DNA of 32,000 nucleotides from Candidatus Nanogingivalaceae bacterium (GCA_015257795.3 CP072208.2:1-32000), one strand, 5' to 3'; shown: positions 9,301-17,077, numbered from the stretch's first letter. Made by a program: numbers and translations. Notes: generated by a model from the letters alone, not told the origin.

Positions 9301-9486
9301 TGAGCTTGTTGCCATAGACGAATTTTCAGCGCTCGCTAAATCTGACGGATTATAGCCGTCATCACCGCGAATAACCTCAGCGTTTCCCCATCTACTTTTT
9401 GCTTTTTCTAACGCAGATTGGTTTGTGTCGCTTAAGTCGCTAAAATCAAGATTTTCATCTTGGTCAAAATCTCTTGCTGCTCCCAT
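6367..9486 (-). CDS. Large polytopic membrane protein with C-terminal M23 (LytM-type) metallopeptidase domain
   Basis: 1039 aa. Hydrophilic N-terminus, then TM segments (GGVIGGVGALIFAGTF; ICGVYALVTMGW; VTTAVVGAAVVVASLVACATTACVAEVLGSIAWGAAVGVALSLALTVL). GGGSGSSSSSSGG linker, then M23 motifs HYGIDFG and GEHLHFE. Confidence 0.85.
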   Translation of the reverse strand: MGAARDFDQDENLDFSDLSDTNQSALEKAKSRWGNAEVIRGDDGYNPSDLASAENSSMATSSSSGISDNETLMKDATTTQSSGWRNNVSGGGTHKSRNAASKGGAKNRAMSFFKGKGAFATTGGVIGGVGALIFAGTFNMVSLMSNHITEMITEKLNSASISMNKRSVKVMKLKVKGANCTAGIVCRMSRVTNRNIKNLREAGFKVELEDGDGLFGRKKIKSLTYTKAGQEITINNTSSDIKNVLTKNPEVREAFKRGYNGRFASFLDKKWRKLKGWFSFKKWRKNNKGKTEEEIDEDMKKTANDHSKEEDADGKSRKGDPDPEDGKVEKGDKGTSAVKDKLKSNSDKLKKGFKNARQKSIAAANTIKGVGQTLSGPLNAIDKICGVYALVTMGWSVAKVAKVEVFAQFGLSFLSMSSKIRSGDATQEEVTAQGNSLMGIANKKDSDEKKDSEQSDSNTSRLKEAFAFFADSAEENSPGKSATDSQGWRAVAYGDRVSKLDNSAKDYQVGITGALAKIMDTFTSGTLGWVVRKGCKVATVTTAVVGAAVVVASLVACATTACVAEVLGSIAWGAAVGVALSLALTVLKDKAMDEISLHVAQGLTGTILNDSTKGENFGNAIMSGSAAMMSKNTMAGSGGVLTKSQAVAFYHETERQIAENAEEIRKTRSPFDPNTRHTFLGSIVSNMLPYSKQIASISGFLPSIIGGAQRSFAAITPGAHAANDANFIANMDTCEDKSIKDTGAATDIFCNVYTGIDMKIADKDTDEVINELKSSGDLKEKDNSGDEDTDDMLSTVEMGPELKKYEKYCFNRKKPIGASEDDDDDNFGAICNSDKNPKANLYALFLTDVRVEEGMNEDFKPDEGGGSGSSSSSSGGVDPDLAKLSGEFVWPVKGVKVNGDSIEGVGPDQDFGPRSFFDGFSSTHYGIDFGSATFGSAAPVYAAADGEVVYGGDAETVGWGAGSHYVAIKHNGDIYTTYSHMRSHSVHKGDKVKKGQQIGVTGAEGNASGEHLHFETKKGTGVPGEKGAFNPMDLIKGNT

Positions 9487-9554
9487 TTTTTTCCTAAATT
9501 AAAACTCAAAAATTTATAAGACTATCTTAACATGTTTATGCTCATGTTTCAAGA

Positions 9555-11417
9555 CTAGAATAATTCATTCGGGTCTGCATACCCATTTGTCATTAAGTTA
9601 TCACTCTGGCGATTCTTAGAATTATTTGGACTTGTTGAAATTAACTGGTGTTCAGTATCACTGGCAATAATTTGAATATGAACGTGATTCTGTCCAGCGA
9701 AGAATAGACCTTGCCCAACTGGGAAGTTTGCAAGACGTTTACGCTCTTCTTCAGTTAATTTAAAGACATCACTCAAAACATCAACTGCGCTTGAAGATTG
9801 CTTTAGAAGTAGCTGCATTGAGCTGTTCGAAACAATCGCACGACCCATTTTTGAACCCATAAAGTCTTCAACGTCCTGAGAAATTGTAGTAAGACCAAGG
9901 TAGTATTTTCGGGCGCGTTTTGCCAAACTGAACAAAAAGTTTGCGGAATCGTCGTATTTCATTAACTGCCAAGCCTCATCAACGATCAGCATACGTTTTT
10001 TCTGTTCCGAACGCACAATATTCCAAATGTGTGAAAGCACAATATACATCGCAACTGGGCGAAGTTCATCTTCAAGGTCGCGAATATTAAATACCACCAT
10101 TGAGTTATTAATATCAATATTTGATTGTTGCGAGAAAATCCCCGCGAATGTTCCGGTGGTATATTTGCGAAGGCGTTGTGCTAAACTTGGACCGCTTCCA
10201 TCCATATGAACCAAAGTATCATAAAGATTATGGATTGTTGGCGGTGTTGAATTATGCGTTAGCGGATCAGAAGTAATTCCAGCGCGCGCATAAGTATCGA
10301 TAATCGCTTGATCAAGATCAGCTTCTTCACTCGGCGAAAGACCAATTGATTGCCCTGCACTCGTTCCGCCAAGCATTAAGCGAAATAGGCCGTGAAGTGT
10401 AACGATATTTGCGCGAAGTGCGTTGTCGGCTTCCTCGGCATCAATAACGTGTGGCAAATCGAACGGATTAATTCGCACATCAGAGTTCAAACTTAAGCGA
10501 ATGTAGCTTCCGCCAACCGCATCACTTAATTTTTGGTATTCGTTTTCTGGGTCGATAATTAAAACTTCGGCGCCCATCATCATTGTTCGAAGGGCCTCAA
10601 GCTTCACAGTGAAAGATTTACCGGCACCAGATTTCGCAAAGACCACCATGTTAGCGTTTTCAAGTGTGAAACGGTCGAAAATAACAAGTCCGTTATTGTG
10701 CATATTAACACCATAAAGAACACCATTTTCCTGCGTAAGATCGGCAGAAGTAAATGGGAATGAGGTTGAAATTGCACCCGTGTTCATGTTTCGGCGAATC
10801 TGTAATTGATCTGAAAGTTGAGGAATTGTTGCTTTCAAGCCCTGCTCTTGTTGGCTTGATGCCACTTTCGAAAATAGCATTTGCTGTCCGAGCATTGTTT
10901 CGATTTTACTTCGTACGAAGTTTAATTCATCAAGGCTATCAGCATAAATCGTTAAATAAAGTCCAAAACGGAAGAATTTTTCCGCTCCAAGCTGGAGTTG
11001 ATCTCGAAGCTCTTCGGCGTCATTTAAGGCAGCCTCGAGCGCTGGGTCACGAGTTTTACCCTTTTCATTATTAATCGAAAGGTCGGCTTCAAGCTGGGTA
11101 ACTTTTCGGCGGAGGTTTTTCATCACGATTTCGGTTTCAACTGGATAAATAAACATTGAAACATCCAAAACTTCATCAGCATTCAAGATTGGTGAAGCCC
11201 ATCCGGTGTAAAGCTGGCGTGGGTAGCCATAAACGTAGATTGTCTGGCCGTATTTTGTGCCTAAGCGAAAATAGCTCGAGTGAAATTCGAGGCTTGATGG
11301 CGCGATAAGGTCGCGTAAAGTGTTAATACCAGTTAAAAATGCTTGTTCAACCTCAGCCTGCTCTTGGGCGCGTTGCTGCGCGGCAATATCAACTGCGTCT
11401 TTTTTCTTCTTCCCCAT
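9555..11417 (-). CDS. virB4: VirB4-family T4SS ATPase (PrgJ/TcpF-like)
   Basis: 620 aa. Walker A FAKSGAGKSF, Walker B MLIVDEAWQL, LGLTTISQDVEDF motif. N-terminal IAPSSLEF...YGYPRQL region is typical of Gram-positive VirB4 homologs. The ATG lies 2 nt after the upstream stop, with GGAGGA inside the upstream gene end. Confidence 0.92.
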   Translation of the reverse strand: MGKKKKDAVDIAAQQRAQEQAEVEQAFLTGINTLRDLIAPSSLEFHSSYFRLGTKYGQTIYVYGYPRQLYTGWASPILNADEVLDVSMFIYPVETEIVMKNLRRKVTQLEADLSINNEKGKTRDPALEAALNDAEELRDQLQLGAEKFFRFGLYLTIYADSLDELNFVRSKIETMLGQQMLFSKVASSQQEQGLKATIPQLSDQLQIRRNMNTGAISTSFPFTSADLTQENGVLYGVNMHNNGLVIFDRFTLENANMVVFAKSGAGKSFTVKLEALRTMMMGAEVLIIDPENEYQKLSDAVGGSYIRLSLNSDVRINPFDLPHVIDAEEADNALRANIVTLHGLFRLMLGGTSAGQSIGLSPSEEADLDQAIIDTYARAGITSDPLTHNSTPPTIHNLYDTLVHMDGSGPSLAQRLRKYTTGTFAGIFSQQSNIDINNSMVVFNIRDLEDELRPVAMYIVLSHIWNIVRSEQKKRMLIVDEAWQLMKYDDSANFLFSLAKRARKYYLGLTTISQDVEDFMGSKMGRAIVSNSSMQLLLKQSSSAVDVLSDVFKLTEEERKRLANFPVGQGLFFAGQNHVHIQIIASDTEHQLISTSPNNSKNRQSDNLMTNGYADPNELF

Positions 11418-11419
11418 AA

Positions 11420-12205
11420 TTAAAATCCTCCTTGATTTGGATTATCACCCTCTGCTTTTCGAACAAATAAGCTTGCTGTATCACGGAAATCACCCAAAGG
11501 CTCATAAACTGCCGTATCTGGGTTATAAACATTGTAATAAAGCTCACCAAGTTCTTTCGTGCTTAACTGCACGGATTTAATTCCCATTTGATAAAGTCCA
11601 CCAGTGATTGAGTCAACGCGTTTTTTAATTTCCTCGCGCGCTTTATCCCAGGTATTTCGATCAATTTTCGAAATTTGTGCACTTGGTTTTGCGAATATTT
11701 TTCCAAAAAATCCCTTGGCTGAATCTTTAAGATTATTTAGATCACCAGTTGGGTGGTAAGGAATAACAATAAAGAAAGATTTATCCATAATATTCGCACT
11801 GCGACTCAAACTATCGATAAAGTTAATATAATCTTCCATTAAATCACCAAGAAGCATATTATCTTGAGCCATTTGAATATCGGCAAGTTTGTTTAGATAT
11901 GGCTCGATATCAACGCGTTGCGAACGAACCAAAATTTGAATTGGAAAAGTTAGCGAGTTTAAAAAGCTCTGGTAAGAATACTCCACTCCCTCACGTTCAC
12001 GAGAACTCATAAGGTCGAAGTTGATTGACTTACAAGCAATAACTGCTCGAAAGCTGCCATCGCGCATCACAACCATTCCTTCACGAAGTTCGGCAATTTC
12101 TAGCGAATTTTGTGTTGAAGTTGGGTTAGCTGGTGCATTTGAATTTGTTTTATTCTCGGCTTGGTTTGCATCCATTGCTGGATTTTTTTGATTCATGTTA
12201 TTCAT
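11420..12205 (-). CDS. Soluble T4SS-operon protein translationally coupled to VirB4 (possible detached VirB4 N-terminal-like module)
   Basis: 261 aa with no TM. Disordered N/Q/T-rich N-terminus, then a globular part (LREGMVVMRDGSFRAVIACKSINFDLMSSREREGV...FLNSLTFPIQILVRSQRVDIEPYL). Sits between the PrgI-like and VirB4 genes with 2-3 nt gaps. Function not recognised with certainty. Confidence 0.75.
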   Translation of the reverse strand: MNNMNQKNPAMDANQAENKTNSNAPANPTSTQNSLEIAELREGMVVMRDGSFRAVIACKSINFDLMSSREREGVEYSYQSFLNSLTFPIQILVRSQRVDIEPYLNKLADIQMAQDNMLLGDLMEDYINFIDSLSRSANIMDKSFFIVIPYHPTGDLNNLKDSAKGFFGKIFAKPSAQISKIDRNTWDKAREEIKKRVDSITGGLYQMGIKSVQLSTKELGELYYNVYNPDTAVYEPLGDFRDTASLFVRKAEGDNPNQGGF

Positions 12206-12208
12206 TAT

Positions 12209-13687
12209 TTACCTCAATGATATTAATACTTCATTTTCTTCCAGGTCGACCTCTTTTGAATTATCCTGGGTAATCTTTTCTTTATTTGCTATTTTATTCG
12301 CTTGGCGTGCAAGCGTTTCAACCGAAAGGTCCTTTCCTTCTGAAACTAGCCTTTTCATTTCAGCACTAATTTCTTTAGCAGAGGTTCGACCGGTTGATTG
12401 TTTTTTATTAATGAACGGATTATCCTCTGGGTTTGTTGAAATTCTCGCCTTTGGATCGCGCTTTTCTCTTTCGTCTGTTGTATTATTAAATTCTCGAATT
12501 CTCTCAATATCTTCACGGAGTCCTTCAAGTTCATCTTTTTGGCTTTGATAGCTTTCTGGACTATTCGGTGCTGGATACGGATGTTGTTGCGGTTGATTTG
12601 GATAAGGGTTCTCAGTAAAGTTTGAAAGTGGTTGTGGCGCAGGTTGTTGGATATTGCGCGGTGGGTTTTGTTGCCAGTTGGGTGAAATAACAGTTTGATT
12701 CATTGAATCTGGGTAAGGGTTGTAATGAAGCTTGATATTATTAAATTCGTTATTATTTTCAGGATTTGGTTGAGGCGGATTTTGCCAGTTTTGGCTTGGA
12801 GTGTAGCTATTAGAATTATTCTGTCCCGAATTCCAATTTTGCGTTGGGTTTTGCGGATAGGTATTCGTAAAAGTATTGTTAGGAGTTTTATTTTGACTAA
12901 AATTCATGCGATATTGGTCTTGCTGATTTTGTGAAAATGCTGTAGGCTGAGTTTGTACTGGGGCTGATACTGGGGCTTGAATTGAGACATCTTCAAATTT
13001 AACATTATCTGAGCCAATGTATTTATTTTTAGGATCGAAATAATAAGTTTGGTCTTGAATGTTTTCCGAACTTTCATTCGTAAACTGTGCGAGATTTCGC
13101 GCCATATCAAGGTTTTGCATAATTTGTTGTTTACGTCGCTGGTCGTGTTGGCTTAAAAGATTATCAACATTTGAAGATACGCGGGAATTTTCAAACATAT
13201 CTTCCGCTGAACGTGCCTCATTAGAGTATTCCTCTCGAACGGTCGTGTTTACGGGTGCAATTGAGTGCTTAATAGCCCAACCTTCAGTGTCAACAATATC
13301 CGCCAAATAACTAAGCCGTCTTGACGCTTCATTTTGTGAGATATCTTTAGTTAAATGTTCATCTTTTTTAATTGGCGCAGAAATTTGAATCAAATGTTCA
13401 ACACCATCTGGCTGCCAATAACGCTTATTAGGTTTAATATAAAAAGAAACAATTGCAGCAAGATAAGTTTCCATTGGTTGATCTTTTCGCAGAGGCAATG
13501 CGAGCGCTCCAAAGAAAATGATGAAAGGCATTGGTATAATTACTAATCCAGGAAAAATTCCCCATAGAAAAATATCCAGTGCAATACAGCCTGCAACAAT
13601 AATCAAGTAAATAAACTGCCGAAAATTAAACGGCCCAAGCAATTTGTCATCAGCCTCAACGTCTTGAGGAACTTTATAAACGCTCAT
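12209..13687 (-). CDS. PrgI/VirB3-like membrane protein fused to a long Q/N/P-rich low-complexity region
   Basis: 492 aa. The N-terminus YKVPQDVEADDKLLGPFNFRQFIYLIIVAGCIAL plus a second TM matches the PrgI (VirB3-like) family pattern. Residues ~237-383 are Q/N/P-rich (NPYP, QNW repeats). The C-terminus is charged and helical. Confidence 0.8.
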   Translation of the reverse strand: MSVYKVPQDVEADDKLLGPFNFRQFIYLIIVAGCIALDIFLWGIFPGLVIIPMPFIIFFGALALPLRKDQPMETYLAAIVSFYIKPNKRYWQPDGVEHLIQISAPIKKDEHLTKDISQNEASRRLSYLADIVDTEGWAIKHSIAPVNTTVREEYSNEARSAEDMFENSRVSSNVDNLLSQHDQRRKQQIMQNLDMARNLAQFTNESSENIQDQTYYFDPKNKYIGSDNVKFEDVSIQAPVSAPVQTQPTAFSQNQQDQYRMNFSQNKTPNNTFTNTYPQNPTQNWNSGQNNSNSYTPSQNWQNPPQPNPENNNEFNNIKLHYNPYPDSMNQTVISPNWQQNPPRNIQQPAPQPLSNFTENPYPNQPQQHPYPAPNSPESYQSQKDELEGLREDIERIREFNNTTDEREKRDPKARISTNPEDNPFINKKQSTGRTSAKEISAEMKRLVSEGKDLSVETLARQANKIANKEKITQDNSKEVDLEENEVLISLR

Positions 13688-13725
13688 TCTCTATTTTTGC
13701 CCACTTCTCCTTTATTATTAGTACA

Positions 13726-13734
13726 ATTTTAACA
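13726..13734 (-). promoter_or_regulatory. Extended -10 element (TGTTAAAAT) upstream of the T4SS operon
   Basis: The minus strand reads TGTTAAAAT about 32 nt upstream of the ATG at 13687. No good -35 element. Confidence 0.4.
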
Positions 13735-13817
13735 TATTTTTTCTAAAAAATAAAGTAAAAAAAATAGACAAAGTCGTGAATGCTGACCTGACACCTAGCA
13801 GTTTAGCTATTTCAATA

Positions 13818-13846
13818 TTGACAAGTCAGACATTTTTTGATATACT
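13818..13846 (+). promoter_or_regulatory. Promoter-like element TTGACA-N17-TATACT, divergent from the T4SS operon
   Basis: TTGACA at 13818-13823, exactly 17 nt of spacer, TATACT at 13841-13846. Confidence 0.45.
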
Positions 13847-13852
13847 TTTGAA

Positions 13853-14140
13853 AGTTATTATTTATTTTTGGGGATTTATTTACCCCAAAAAAAATAAAAA
13901 GATTTCGTCGTTTTCATATGACGAATGTCTTTTGTACATTTTCGAAAATTTAGAATTTTCTGAGAATTGAAAATACAATAAATAGTAACTCAAACAGAAA
14001 AAACCACTTCCGAAAACGGAAGCAGTTCTTTAACCGAGTAGTTCCATAAACTAGGCCAATAGTTTATGGAATGAATCACATCTCCACAGTGAGATCAATC
14101 ATTTATTGCGGTTACGCTCGTTCTTGCGTAGCCGTTTTTT
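13853..14140 (+). ncRNA. Candidate structured small RNA (~290 nt, family unknown)
   Basis: Bounded by the promoter at 13818-13846 and an intrinsic terminator at 14108-14140. Contains an 8-bp hairpin at 13866-13890, a 6-bp hairpin at 14007-14022 and a perfect 12-bp hairpin at 14042-14071. No convincing ORF or RBS lies inside. Confidence 0.3.
14108..14140 (+). terminator. Intrinsic terminator (plus strand)
   Basis: 9-bp stem, cggttacgc (14109-14117) pairing with gcgtagccg (14126-14134) with one G-U pair, then TTTTTT at 14135-14140. Confidence 0.6.
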
Positions 14141-14269
14141 ATTATCTTTATCTGGCGGTTCTTTATTTGAGTTTTTTATAAACAATTCAATCAGAACTTC
14201 CAAAATTGGATAAGCTTTTTCAAAAACACTTATCAAAAGCAAATCAATATTTATATTTGACAAATAATA

Positions 14270-14304
14270 GAAAAAAGACGGATCATTTTTTAAACCGTCT
14301 TTTT
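14270..14304 (-). terminator. Intrinsic terminator after the VirB6-like gene
   Basis: Stem agacgg (14276-14281) pairs with ccgtct (14295-14300), flanked by A-run and T-run. On the minus strand the hairpin is followed by TTTTTT. Confidence 0.65.
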
Positions 14305-14374
14305 AATTCACCCATAAGATATATGAACTCAGATTACTTTTAGACTACTGAGCGTTAAACTGTCTAAACTCTGT

Positions 14375-17077
14375 TTATTTTTTATTCTTAATATTGGTTG
14401 GTTTCCAGTTTGAACCAAGAATGGAGTCGTAGATTGCCTTATTACTCTTTTCGACCTCTTTAAGCATTTTGTGGATTTCAGATCCCTGAACTGCATTAAG
14501 CTTACTGTATTCAGCGGGGTTCTCGTTAATTGTTTTAACACTCTTGAGTGTTGACTTGAGTGTTTCATCCGACATTGCTGAAAGTGCTTTTTTATCCCAG
14601 ATGATTTTCATTGCATCATTTGAAGCTTTTATAATTTTCTCATCTGAAACATTCTTGGTGTAGTTATCATGAATAGCATTTATAACTTCTTTTGAAGTCA
14701 TGCCGTTTACTGCGATATTTTCTAAGGCCGCTCCGCCAATAAACTGAAGATCGTCTTTTTTGGTTTTCTTGAAAGCTTCAACCAAATCGCTACGATTGGC
14801 ATTTAATTCGCTACCAAGTGAAGTTTTACCGAGCGAATCTAGAGCGGTTTCGAGATTTGATGAACCCATGAATTTCTCGGCCGTTGCAGCGCGCAAATTC
14901 TTAGTAATTTCGAAATCGATTCCATCTTTTTGAATACTTTCACCCATATTTTTTGAGAAGATTTGGTTATAATCGTTGCCTGAAAAGTTGAGTGATTTTG
15001 TAAGATTTGCGAGTGATTCGACCTCTTCTTTGTTTTCTTTCGAAGCGGCCGCCATAGCACTAGCAAGTGCTGAGACTTTTCCAGATTCGCCACGAACACC
15101 AGATGCGGTATTTAATAGGTCGTTATTGTAGCGCAAATTGTTTGCCATTGCATTATTGAGTGCAATATTGTTATTTCTTTCAGCTTGCTTAAATGAAGTT
15201 GTTCTGTTTGCATCATCGATGAATTTAAGTGCCTGTGAGCCAAATTTTCCATTGAGAGTTCTTAGAGTATCATCGCTAAGATCAACAATTCCTCTAATCT
15301 TACCACTCGGATCTTTATCAAGAGTTGAACTGAGTAATTCAGATTTAATTTGTGAAACTGCCGCGCCAGATTGGGCGTTGGCACGATTCAAGGCCTCGTT
15401 AGCGAGCATTTCTTGGTATTGAGTATTTGTTCCCAAAATATGTTGCTTGCGAGCTTCGTAATATCTGTTCGAAAACGCATTTGAACCTTCTGGCATATTT
15501 TGAACGGCTTCTAAATCAGAATTCTCTTTATTCGCAAAGCGTTCTTTTTGATATGTGTCAGCAATAGATTTTGCTGAACCGATTCTTCTTGATCGGTTGT
15601 AATTCATTTGATTTAAGCGAGAACCAAGTGATGCTGGATTTTTTGCAATTCCCCGATTTCGGTACATTTCTTGATTTTCTCCAAGGAATTTCTTGGCTCG
15701 GTCAATTGGTCCTTTATTTGGATTGTTGATAATTCCAGCAAATTTACCAAGTAGACCACCACTAATTCGCATAATTGTTGGTGTAATTGCAAGTGGTACA
15801 ATCTGAACAACTGCACCTAAAAGGAAGACTAAAAAGCTTCCGTTTGAGCTAGCAATAATTGTAGTTCCAACGAGCTGTGCTCCACCAAATAGTAGGGATA
15901 TAATTGGATACATGACAAGCATTGTCGTGAATAAATCTTTCCATTTCTGGAACCATTTTTCGGTATTTGGTAGGATGTTTGCGGCGAAAGCTAAAGGTGC
16001 TAAGAAAACTAAAACAATAATAATTGCTTGACGAGCAGCTAGAATTACTAAGCCAACTACGGCTGAATAGATAACGGCAACCAAAGCGCCAAGTATCATC
16101 ATTACTGCTGCACCAGTACTTCCTGCAGTTGCTACAGATACTGTGTATGCTCCATACGCTACAACACCACTTCCACTTAAAACAGCTGCAGTCATATTTG
16201 ACCAGTCTAAACCTGAAACCTTAATCTTATTACCGCCACTATTGAAAATGCTGTTTCGAATTCCCACGAGAAGATTTTGTGCTTGGGCGCCTAAAATATT
16301 CGAAATGTCCACCAAAATTGCACAAATATAATAAGAGATATTAATTAAGATTGCTGCTACGATTAATTTTGGTAATATTTTTTTTACACCATAATTACTA
16401 ATTCCAAACCCAGTCACCTGTGAATAAATGACAAAAACAAAACCAATCACGAAAAAGATATTCGCGACATTTCGCATGTAATCCCAGACCTGGAAGAGAC
16501 CTGATTTATGGGAAGTATAAAGTGGTTGAACTCGCAAAAAAGTTTGAAGCCATTCATAAATTCCATCCATCCATTTCGAGATAGTGTTTGCAACCATACA
16601 AACCATCCAGCCACCACCGCCTTCAACGCTACAGTTTGATGTTTCTTCATCTTTTGAGGTGCCGTCAACTTTAACATCTTGCGCATCACCATCTTGTTTT
16701 AGATTTCCTAAGGCGCTCACGTCAAAAGTGTAAATTTTTCCACTAGAGGCATCGTTTTCGTCATCTAAAGCAATAACTGTGGTTTTTTGATTGTCTGCGC
16801 TGACAGATGAATTTTCTGCATAGATTTTTTTTGAACGAATTGAATCAGGATATTTCGAAGTATCAGAAACTTTTGTATAAACTTTTCCGTTGTATTTTAT
16901 ACCATTTTTTGAAGAATCTGTCCATTGAGCACCATCGAGCGCGTAAGCCAGGCTCGAACTAAAAAAGCCCAAGATTGTGACTACTGTTATAGTCGCGATA
17001 AGAAAAACTTTTCGAAAATCTTGAGTTTTTGCTTTTCTGAACCTCGTCAAGATCTGCATATGACCTGATTTTATCAT
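14375..17077 (-). CDS. VirB6/TrbL-like polytopic T4SS membrane protein with a ~460-aa C-terminal hydrophilic extension
   Basis: 900 aa. N-terminal signal/anchor (FLIATITVVTILGFFSSSLAYA), a ~150-aa ectodomain, then at least 6 TM helices between residues ~195-440 (for example IFFVIGFVFVIYSQV, LIVAAILINISYYICAILV, AIIIVLVFLAPLAFAANIL). A long helical, N/K/S-rich tail follows. The family call rests on topology and context. Confidence 0.6.
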   Translation of the reverse strand: MIKSGHMQILTRFRKAKTQDFRKVFLIATITVVTILGFFSSSLAYALDGAQWTDSSKNGIKYNGKVYTKVSDTSKYPDSIRSKKIYAENSSVSADNQKTTVIALDDENDASSGKIYTFDVSALGNLKQDGDAQDVKVDGTSKDEETSNCSVEGGGGWMVCMVANTISKWMDGIYEWLQTFLRVQPLYTSHKSGLFQVWDYMRNVANIFFVIGFVFVIYSQVTGFGISNYGVKKILPKLIVAAILINISYYICAILVDISNILGAQAQNLLVGIRNSIFNSGGNKIKVSGLDWSNMTAAVLSGSGVVAYGAYTVSVATAGSTGAAVMMILGALVAVIYSAVVGLVILAARQAIIIVLVFLAPLAFAANILPNTEKWFQKWKDLFTTMLVMYPIISLLFGGAQLVGTTIIASSNGSFLVFLLGAVVQIVPLAITPTIMRISGGLLGKFAGIINNPNKGPIDRAKKFLGENQEMYRNRGIAKNPASLGSRLNQMNYNRSRRIGSAKSIADTYQKERFANKENSDLEAVQNMPEGSNAFSNRYYEARKQHILGTNTQYQEMLANEALNRANAQSGAAVSQIKSELLSSTLDKDPSGKIRGIVDLSDDTLRTLNGKFGSQALKFIDDANRTTSFKQAERNNNIALNNAMANNLRYNNDLLNTASGVRGESGKVSALASAMAAASKENKEEVESLANLTKSLNFSGNDYNQIFSKNMGESIQKDGIDFEITKNLRAATAEKFMGSSNLETALDSLGKTSLGSELNANRSDLVEAFKKTKKDDLQFIGGAALENIAVNGMTSKEVINAIHDNYTKNVSDEKIIKASNDAMKIIWDKKALSAMSDETLKSTLKSVKTINENPAEYSKLNAVQGSEIHKMLKEVEKSNKAIYDSILGSNWKPTNIKNKK

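Noticed and set aside
12195-13546. Nested ORFs opposite or inside the PrgI-like gene (12195-12548, 12725-12934, 12904-13110, 13059-13310, 13355-13546).
   Set aside because: They are shadow frames of the Q/N/P-rich low-complexity coding region, with no independent support.
13776-13970. 64-aa plus-strand ORF in the large intergenic gap.
   Set aside because: It starts upstream of the only plausible promoter, has no SD, and runs through hairpin-forming sequence. The region is treated as non-coding (candidate sRNA).
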